47,763 bases of DNA from Bacteroidota bacterium. GTDB taxonomy: Bacteria > Bacteroidota > Bacteroidia > Flavobacteriales > BACL11. The DNA lies in assembly GCA_036139835.1 (NCBI GenBank), contig JAYZYW010000066.1, forward strand, positions 1 to 47,763. The letters are read 5' to 3'. Numbering within the stretch: position 1 is the stretch's first letter; the number at the start of each line of letters is the position of its first letter. Below the pieces are notes generated by a model. That model ran no database searches and was not told the origin of the DNA. It worked only from the letters and a program-made list of their open reading frames with translations. A program made the translations under genes and the position numbers. Shown piece after piece: positions 41,058-47,763 of this stretch.

Positions 41058-42266
41058 TTACGACAGTTTAAAATGTGTTTTTGCTTCTTCCATTATTTGC
41101 TCCCCAATTGCTAAACAAGCAGTTGCAGCAGGAGATGGGGCATTTAATACATGTATATTTTTTTTATTCTTCACAATTTTAAGATCATCTATTACCTTCC
41201 CATCACTACTCAATGCCATAGCTCTAACACCGCTTCTTCCCTGAACAATATCATTCATTTGCAATGATGGCATCATTTTTTGTAGTTCATTCAAAAATAG
41301 AGATTTTGAGAACGCCCTTTTATACTCATTAAGACCAAATTTCCAATGATTTATGAACAATTTTTGAGTCCCAGAAAAACTTAATGCTTGTAAGCTATCT
41401 TTAATACTAAAAGCCGTTTTGCTATAACCTTCTCTTTTAAAAGTAAAAACTGCATTAGGGCCACACTCAATAGCACCATTTATCATACGCGTAAAATGAA
41501 TTCCCAAAAAAGGAAATTCAGGATTAGGAACAGGGTAAATTAAGTTATTTACTTTTGATTTAGCACTATCTGAAAGGGAATAATAATCCCCCCTAAAACC
41601 AACAATTTGTATATCTAATTTTATTTTATCTTTAACTGCTAATCGATCAGAAAAAAGTCCTCCACAAAAAATAATATGCTTTGCTTTAAAATTCCCTTTT
41701 GATGTTTTTATTTCCGAATCCTTATAATCCAATACCTTGCAATTTGTAATAATCTCACTATTCGTATTAATTAACTTCACATTTTCAGCTAATTTATTTG
41801 TTGCACTTCTATAATTAATTATCCCTGATTCAGGAACCCAAAGCGCGTTTACTGCTTCAATATTTGGCTCAATCTTTTTAACCTCAGAAGGATTTAACAA
41901 CTTCAACCCTTCTAATCCATTTTGCTCTCCATTAATTTTTAATTGTTCTAGTCTTTGAGATTCTTCTATATTGACTGCCACGACAAGCTTGCCACAAATA
42001 TCATAATCTACATTATTTTCTTTTGCAAATTTAATTAATTGCTTTCTTCCTTTCACACAATTATTAGCTTTAAAACTTCCTGACTTATAATATAGCCCTG
42101 AATGTATCACCCCTGAATTTCTGCCAGTTTGATGAAACGCTAACTCTTTTTCTTTTTCAAAAACAACAATATTTAACTTTGGAAAGTTAGTTTGTAATTG
42201 AAACGCTGTAGCAAGGCCTACTATACCACCACCTACTATTGCTATATCAAATTGATTTTTTTGCAT
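41058..42266 (-). CDS. lhgO: L-2-hydroxyglutarate oxidase/dehydrogenase family FAD protein
   Basis: GGGIVGLATA, HQTGRNSGVIHSGLYY, PFLGIHFTR, CGPNAV, NAPSPAATA. Confidence 0.92.
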   Translation of the reverse strand: MQKNQFDIAIVGGGIVGLATAFQLQTNFPKLNIVVFEKEKELAFHQTGRNSGVIHSGLYYKSGSFKANNCVKGRKQLIKFAKENNVDYDICGKLVVAVNIEESQRLEQLKINGEQNGLEGLKLLNPSEVKKIEPNIEAVNALWVPESGIINYRSATNKLAENVKLINTNSEIITNCKVLDYKDSEIKTSKGNFKAKHIIFCGGLFSDRLAVKDKIKLDIQIVGFRGDYYSLSDSAKSKVNNLIYPVPNPEFPFLGIHFTRMINGAIECGPNAVFTFKREGYSKTAFSIKDSLQALSFSGTQKLFINHWKFGLNEYKRAFSKSLFLNELQKMMPSLQMNDIVQGRSGVRAMALSSDGKVIDDLKIVKNKKNIHVLNAPSPAATACLAIGEQIMEEAKTHFKLS

Positions 42267-42270
42267 CAAG

Positions 42271-42278
42271 CAAAAATA
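42271..42278 (-). promoter_or_regulatory. -7 promoter element (TATTTTTG) 4 nt before the lhgO ATG
   Basis: TATTTTTG-CTTG-ATG. Confidence 0.6.
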
Positions 42279-42286
42279 GAAAAAGT

Positions 42287-43141
42287 CTACTTATGAAGTG
42301 TAAATACTCTAGATATATTAAATCCAAAATATATATCTCCCTTTAACCACTCTCCTGTAGTTTTCGTAATAAATTCAGGATCAATCATGGCAGAGGAATT
42401 GCTTAAATGAAGCTGAAAAATATGACCTCCAGTTTCAATATCAAAACCTAATGACAAAACATTATTATTTCTTTTTTCATTTAATTGATAAAAATACTCT
42501 GTATTTAAAGAGATCCGTTTTGTGAGTTTTTGCCTTCCGCCAATTCCTAATGAGTATTTATCATTTGGCTCGTTTTTAATTTCAACCAAATTATAATGCA
42601 CTATAGTTGGGGATAATTGCAAAGTTAAATTACGATTTATTTTTCTTGCAATCAAAATTTGATTTGTATACAATAATTGATCAATGAATACAAAATCTGC
42701 TTTTTTTCTTTGAGCATATTGCCATTGCTTAAGATAAGTAGCAGAATTTACAACTACTGTAAGAGGAAACCCATCTTTAACTTGCCTCTTTAATTTTATT
42801 TTTGAATTGGCATCTATTGTTTTAACAGAAGAGCTTCTACCAATACTAACTGCTAGCCAGTCTTCTATTCCATAATCACAACTTATCCTTACTTGAGAAA
42901 AATCTAAACCATACAAATTATACAAACCAGAATTAAGTGTGCCAAACCTATGCTGAATATTAAATTGTAATACCCCTTTTGCGGGCAATTCAACTGATTG
43001 CCCATTTACCACTTTAGTCCCTTTAAACAAAAAAGATACATGCATTGGTTCCTCATCAACTACTAACATATTTAATAAATCATCTTGAGCATTTGAAAAA
43101 AATGCACACAACAAAGAACTTATAAAAACTATCTTTCTCAT
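42287..43141 (-). CDS. DUF5777-like outer-membrane beta-barrel protein
   Basis: Signal peptide + QDDLL, FKGTKVVNGQSVE, HRFG, LYGLD, DIETGGHIFQLHLSN, FGFNISRVF. Confidence 0.85.
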   Translation of the reverse strand: MRKIVFISSLLCAFFSNAQDDLLNMLVVDEEPMHVSFLFKGTKVVNGQSVELPAKGVLQFNIQHRFGTLNSGLYNLYGLDFSQVRISCDYGIEDWLAVSIGRSSSVKTIDANSKIKLKRQVKDGFPLTVVVNSATYLKQWQYAQRKKADFVFIDQLLYTNQILIARKINRNLTLQLSPTIVHYNLVEIKNEPNDKYSLGIGGRQKLTKRISLNTEYFYQLNEKRNNNVLSLGFDIETGGHIFQLHLSNSSAMIDPEFITKTTGEWLKGDIYFGFNISRVFTLHK

Positions 43142-43659
43142 TTAATTTCTTTTAGCTCAATATTAACTTTTATTTCTATTTCTTCTGCAATTTTATACAT
43201 CAATATTCTAGGAATTTTAATATTATAATCTTCTAACTTTATCCCAAAGTCTGCTGATATAATAACTGATTTTTTATTTTGAAAGAGAACCCCATCAACC
43301 CTAATCTTATTAGTTTTTCCATGTATTGTTAAGTCCCCATCAACAGTTGCTTTTCCATTTTCATTATGAACTACCTTTCCTAAGAAAGTAGATTTCGGAT
43401 AAACATCTGATTCTAAATAATTCTCATTAAAATGTTCTTGCATTAAGGCTTTTGGAAATATAAAGTCACTTATTTTTAACTGAAAAACCAAATCAGTTGT
43501 GCTAGCATCAAATACTGCTGACACTTTATCATTGACCGCAGAGATATCTTCCATTGGTGCTTCCGAAAAAAATAAAATCTTTCCATCATGCCCAATAAAT
43601 TTTTGAGCATGAAGCAACTGAATACTAAATAATAATATAATAACAATTAGCTTATTCAC
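43138..43659 (-). CDS. YceI family (polyisoprenoid/lipid-binding) exported protein
   Basis: Signal peptide, FFSEAPMEDI, LMQEHFNENYLESDVYPKSTF, GDLTIHG, DYNIKIP; probable GTG start overlapping the upstream stop. Confidence 0.88.
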   Translation of the reverse strand: MNKLIVIILLFSIQLLHAQKFIGHDGKILFFSEAPMEDISAVNDKVSAVFDASTTDLVFQLKISDFIFPKALMQEHFNENYLESDVYPKSTFLGKVVHNENGKATVDGDLTIHGKTNKIRVDGVLFQNKKSVIISADFGIKLEDYNIKIPRILMYKIAEEIEIKVNIELKEIK

Positions 43660-43963
43660 AATCAACCCAGTTTATGATAATATTAATCTCTGACACGCTT
43701 AATGGTGAACTCCCGTATGGAGGCATTTGACCGCTTACAACCTGGTGCTTTAATGAGTGATTATTTGCAGCATCAATAACACCGTCATATGTTGTAAGTA
43801 TAGCTGGCCTGCTACTAAATTCACTATGACATCCTATACAATTAGCTTCAATTATTGGCTGCACTAAATCAGAAAAAGTTTGATCATCCGGTGCACAAAC
43901 AGGGAGTATTTCGTTATAAGTACATGAGGAAAATAAAAGAAGTAAAAACAAACTATTTCGCAT
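43652..43963 (-). CDS. small lipoprotein with monoheme cytochrome c motif
   Basis: Lipobox-like FSSC, VQPIIEANCIGCH (CxxCH), MPP distal Met, IIINWV. Confidence 0.8.
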   Translation of the reverse strand: MRNSLFLLLLFSSCTYNEILPVCAPDDQTFSDLVQPIIEANCIGCHSEFSSRPAILTTYDGVIDAANNHSLKHQVVSGQMPPYGSSPLSVSEINIIINWVDCE

Positions 43964-45209
43964 CTTGCGAATTTAATAAATTAAACTGTATTCTACTAAA
44001 TAAGAGAAATCCTAATACAAAAAGAAAAATAACTACCCAAAGTGCCATTTGTTGATTATATATCGAAGTTACAATACCGAAAAGTAGAGGGCCAATAAAT
44101 GATGTTGCTTTTCCAGTTAGAGCAAAAAAACCAAAAAACTCATTCAGCTTTTCTTTTGGAGTAAGCTGTGCCATTAAGGATCTACTACAAGATTGATTAG
44201 GACCAACCATTAAACCAATCAGAACGCCAGCCAACCAAAATAATTCTTTAGAGTAATTCGTTTCTGGTGCGTATATAGCAATTAGTGTAGCAATAATTAA
44301 GACTAACAAAGTTATATTAATCACCTTCTTCACTCCTATTTTATCTTCAATATATCCAAACAAAAAAGATCCAACCCCTGCTGCTATATTTAACACAATA
44401 CCCAATTGCATGACTTCATTAAAACTAAAATCAAGTGTGCCTACTGCATAAATACCCCCAAGAGCAAAAATAGTCACTAAGGCATCATTAAAAAAGAGTC
44501 TAGCAACTAAAAATTGAGAAATTACTTTATATCTAGAAACCGTTTTAAAAGTAGTTTTAATTGCAGAAAATGAATCTAGAACATGTTGTTTTTTAAACTT
44601 TTCTTTTTTCCTGTCTTTTAAAACTAAAAAGGTAGGAATAGAGAAAAGCAAGAACCATACTCCTACCAAAATATTTATTTTTCTAATACCAACAGAATCA
44701 AGCTCAGGGAAAAGAAATAACGAAAAAAAAAGAGCTATAAGCCCTCCTGTAAATCCTAATCCCCATGCAAAACCAGATATACTGCCGCTATTTTCCTTTT
44801 CTGATAAATCAGGCAAATAGGAGTTGCAAAATACAGTACCCATCTCAAAAGAAACATTAGCAATTACAAATAATATAAGAGCAAAAAATACATCTCCAGC
44901 TTGAGGAAAATATAAAAGAATAGAAAAGATCGCACAAAGCCATGTAAATAAAATCAAGAAAAACTTCCTATATCCACCACTATCAGCAATAGCTCCTAAG
45001 ATAGGAGATAGAACAGAAACAATGATTGCAGTTATTGCAATAGCATTTGCCCAAATAGCTGTCCCTACTTGTTCATTCCCTACGATTACTTTAGTAAAGA
45101 AAGCTCCATAAATAAAAGTAACAATTATAGTAGTGAAAGGCTGATTTGCAAAATCATATAAGGACCAAGCAAAAACCTCTTCTCTATTTTTGAGTTTTAA
45201 TAAATTCAT
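43953..45209 (-). CDS. MFS transporter, Atg22/UMF1-like
   Basis: WSLYDFANQPF, SPILGAIAD, NSYLPDL, SRSLMAQLTP, EFFGFFAL; about 12 TM segments; start probably ATG 45209. Confidence 0.9.
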   Translation of the reverse strand: MNLLKLKNREEVFAWSLYDFANQPFTTIIVTFIYGAFFTKVIVGNEQVGTAIWANAIAITAIIVSVLSPILGAIADSGGYRKFFLILFTWLCAIFSILLYFPQAGDVFFALILFVIANVSFEMGTVFCNSYLPDLSEKENSGSISGFAWGLGFTGGLIALFFSLFLFPELDSVGIRKINILVGVWFLLFSIPTFLVLKDRKKEKFKKQHVLDSFSAIKTTFKTVSRYKVISQFLVARLFFNDALVTIFALGGIYAVGTLDFSFNEVMQLGIVLNIAAGVGSFLFGYIEDKIGVKKVINITLLVLIIATLIAIYAPETNYSKELFWLAGVLIGLMVGPNQSCSRSLMAQLTPKEKLNEFFGFFALTGKATSFIGPLLFGIVTSIYNQQMALWVVIFLFVLGFLLFSRIQFNLLNSQDAK

Positions 45210-45280
45210 GAGTTTTCTAAAAGCCAATATTAAGCAATTTATTTCAGAACTCTAGTACATCTTTTCCTCTTAAAAAATGA

Positions 45281-45288
45281 TACATTTG
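45281..45288 (+). promoter_or_regulatory. -7 promoter element (TACATTTG) for the DUF5606-like / M3 operon
   Basis: Exact TAnnTTTG followed by CA. Confidence 0.6.
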
Positions 45289-45306
45289 CATGAAAATAAA
45301 TTAAAC

Positions 45307-45732
45307 ATGAATTTAGAAGGGATATTAAATGTAGCCAGCAAACCAGGGCTTTTTAAAGTTGTTTCTAAAGGAAAGAATACGATAATAGTAGAATCATTAA
45401 CTAATGGAAGAAGAAGCCCAATACACTCTCATTCCCAAGCAAATATGCTAGAAGAAATTGGCATATACACTTATGAAGATACAAAACCATTAGCAGATAT
45501 TTTTGATGATATTGCAAAGAAAGAAAATGGAAACAAAACTATTTCACATAAATCTACTGAAAATGATTTAAAAAATTATTTCAGAGAAATACTTCCTAAT
45601 TATGATGAAGAAAGAGTTTATATCTCTGATATTAAAAAAGTTGTGCAGTGGTATAACTCTATACAAAGTGCTGGTTTAATTGAACTCCCTAAAGAAAAAC
45701 CAACTAAAACGAAAACTAAAAAAGCAAAGTAA
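45307..45732 (+). CDS. DUF5606-like conserved Bacteroidota protein
   Basis: ILNVASKPGLFKVV, LEEIGIYT, LPNYDEERVYISDIKKVVQWYN; start at ATG 45307. Confidence 0.8.
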   Translation: MNLEGILNVASKPGLFKVVSKGKNTIIVESLTNGRRSPIHSHSQANMLEEIGIYTYEDTKPLADIFDDIAKKENGNKTISHKSTENDLKNYFREILPNYDEERVYISDIKKVVQWYNSIQSAGLIELPKEKPTKTKTKKAK

Positions 45733-45739
45733 TTATTAA

Positions 45740-47422
45740 ATGAAATACAACCAATACCCATACAAAAGAATAAATTTAGAAAAATTTCAAAAAGAAGTTG
45801 AAGTAATGATTAATGACTTCAAGTCTGCTGAATCTGCTGAAAAACAAATTCAAATAATTCATAACTATCAACAATTACAAAAAGAAACTCAAACTTATGC
45901 AAGTATTGCAAACTTAAATTTTGCTCGAGACACAAAAAACAAGAATGCAAAAGAAGAGAATGAATTTTATGATAAGATTATGCCAGAAATAGCAGCTATT
46001 GATAATCGATTTACAAAAGTGTTAAACGTATCTAAATTCAAAAATGAGTTATCTAATAAGTTTGGGAAACATTATTTTGCTTTGATCGAAATGGAATTAA
46101 AATCATTTAATCCGAAAATTGTAGAGCTTTTAAAAAAAGAAAATGAACTAATAAATAAATATAATGCATTAAAAGCAAGTGCAGCTATTGAATTTAATGG
46201 AGAAACATTAAATCTTACTGGATTAGTTCCCTTCAAACAGGATTTAAATAGAGAAGTAAGAAAGAAGGCTTTTAAAGCCACAAATGATTTTTTTGCAAAA
46301 CATGCAGAAGAATTTGATCTTATATTTGACAAGTTAGTCAAAATTCGTCATAAAAAAGCATCTATATTAGGATTTAAAAATTTCATTCCTCTTGGATATC
46401 TTAATATGAATAGATCTGATTATGGGCCACAAGAAGTCGAAGAATACAGAAATCAAATTATAAAACACATAGTGCCTATAGCAGAAAAAATTAAGGAAAA
46501 AAGAAGAAAAGACTTTAACTATAATAAAATGTTTTGTTATGACACATTGTTTTTTAAAGAGGGGAATCCTAAACCTAAAGGCAATGAAAAACATTTAGTT
46601 TCTCAAGCACAAAAGATGTATAACGAATTATCTAAAGAGACGGGAGAGTTTTTTGATATGATGATTAACGAAGAGTTGATGGATCTGGAAAATCGATCAG
46701 GAAAAATGGGAGGTGGTTTTTGTACGTCATTCCCATCATTAGAAAGACCTTATATTTTTGCTAATTTTAATGGGACAGATCATGATATAACTGTACTTAC
46801 TCATGAGGCGGGGCATGCTTTTCAAGGATACCAAAGCAGAAAACAACCTCTAGATAGATATTTGTGGCCTACATATGAAGCATGTGAAATTCATTCTATG
46901 AGTATGGAATTCTTAACATGGGATTGGATGAATTTATTCTTCAAAGAAGATACTGAAAAATTTCTTTATAAACATCTTGCTGATTCATTATGCACACTAC
47001 CTTGGCTAGCAATTGTAGATCATTTTCAGCACTGGATATATGAAAATCCAAATGCTACTCCTAAAGAAAGAAAAAAAGAATGGTTAAAACTAGAAAGCAT
47101 GTATTTCCCTAGCAAAAATTATGATGATTTAGAATTCTTTAAGCAAGGTGGGACATGGCAAGCTCAAGGACATATATACTTTATGCCTTTTTATTATATA
47201 GATTATTCATTAGCTCAAGTCTGTGCTTTCCAATTCTGGATTAAAATGCAAAAAAATAAACAAAAGACTTGGGAAGATTATTTAAGATTATGTAAAGCTG
47301 GAGGGTCAATGTCATTTTTAGATTTAGTTAAACTAGCAAATATTAAGTCTCCTTTTGACCCAAAAGTGTTTAAAGAAGTAGCAAATAAGATTAATGATTG
47401 GCTAACGGAAAATAGATTATAA
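45740..47422 (+). CDS. M3 family oligoendopeptidase (PepF-like)
   Basis: GKMGGGFCT, PYIFANFNG, HEAGHAFQ (HExxH), EIHSMSMEF, PFYYIDY. Confidence 0.94.
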   Translation: MKYNQYPYKRINLEKFQKEVEVMINDFKSAESAEKQIQIIHNYQQLQKETQTYASIANLNFARDTKNKNAKEENEFYDKIMPEIAAIDNRFTKVLNVSKFKNELSNKFGKHYFALIEMELKSFNPKIVELLKKENELINKYNALKASAAIEFNGETLNLTGLVPFKQDLNREVRKKAFKATNDFFAKHAEEFDLIFDKLVKIRHKKASILGFKNFIPLGYLNMNRSDYGPQEVEEYRNQIIKHIVPIAEKIKEKRRKDFNYNKMFCYDTLFFKEGNPKPKGNEKHLVSQAQKMYNELSKETGEFFDMMINEELMDLENRSGKMGGGFCTSFPSLERPYIFANFNGTDHDITVLTHEAGHAFQGYQSRKQPLDRYLWPTYEACEIHSMSMEFLTWDWMNLFFKEDTEKFLYKHLADSLCTLPWLAIVDHFQHWIYENPNATPKERKKEWLKLESMYFPSKNYDDLEFFKQGGTWQAQGHIYFMPFYYIDYSLAQVCAFQFWIKMQKNKQKTWEDYLRLCKAGGSMSFLDLVKLANIKSPFDPKVFKEVANKINDWLTENRL

Positions 47423-47473
47423 CAATACACACCCAATTAATTCATAGTTCCAGATTATAAAAAATCATAAACT

Positions 47474-47510
47474 AAAAAAAGTCCTAATTCTTTCGAATTA
47501 GGACTTTTTT
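47474..47510. terminator. bidirectional intrinsic terminator between the M3 peptidase and the rRNA operon
   Basis: AAAAAAAGTCCTAATTC-TTTC-GAATTAGGACTTTTTT perfect stem. Confidence 0.9.
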
Positions 47511-47516
47511 CTATAG

Positions 47517-47627
47517 GGCGGCAACTACCTACTCTTCCAGATTTTACTCTAGTACCATCGGCACAACTAGGCTTAACTTCTCTGTTCGAAATGGGAAGAG
47601 GTGGACCCTAGCGTTATAGTCACCATA
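47517..47627 (-). rRNA. rrf: 5S ribosomal RNA (ends approximate)
   Basis: Minus strand GGTGACTATA...CACCTCTTCCCATTTCGAACAGAGAAGTTAAGC...GCCGATGGTACT...GAGTAGGTAGTTGCC. Confidence 0.96.
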
Positions 47628-47680
47628 ATATTTTTAAATATTATGACATAAATCGTAATGAATATATATAGCTAATTTTC

Positions 47681-47763
47681 AAAGTCTACGGGTAATTAGT
47701 ATCACTCAGCTGAATGTATTTCTACACTTACACTTATGACCTATCAACGTCATCGTCTATAAC
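47681..47763 (-). rRNA. rrl: 23S ribosomal RNA, 3' end (partial)
   Basis: Minus strand AGACGATGACGTTGATAGG...GTGTAAG...CAGCTGAGTGATACTAATTACCCGTAGACTT, about 50 bp upstream of 5S. Confidence 0.93.

Overview
AT-rich, very compact core-genome segment of a Bacteroidota bacterium, most likely a Flavobacteriales member. The assignment rests on lon-porQ-cmk and pyrG-yidC synteny, TAnnTTTG promoters, A-rich start contexts without Shine-Dalgarno and a T9SS cargo protein. The window holds about 40 mostly housekeeping CDS (ispH, cmk, porQ, lon, rpmE2, mdh, gyrB, murB, icd, dnaX, rpsF-rpsR-rplI, aconitase, holA, pyrG, yidC, mqnA, purB, lhgO, M16/M3 peptidases) and ends in an rRNA operon (5S plus the 23S 3' end, minus strand). 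I saw no mobile element, prophage or CRISPR array. Best leads: (1) a translationally coupled MFS / monoheme cytochrome c lipoprotein / YceI / DUF5777-like barrel cassette, possibly an uncharacterised envelope redox or isoprenoid-quinone handling system; (2) an A10 tract in dnaX with near-immediate stops in both shifted frames (gamma/tau recoding); (3) a giant TPR protein plus atypical outer-membrane barrel, divergent from a small ORF and a solo FtsE-like ATPase; (4) a recurring TTTG-N4-start geometry implying leaderless mRNAs; (5) a zinc-ribbon TM2 + DUF2752 membrane pair; (6) a sigma54-like promoter on lon. All family calls come from recognising motifs by eye; no database search was run.
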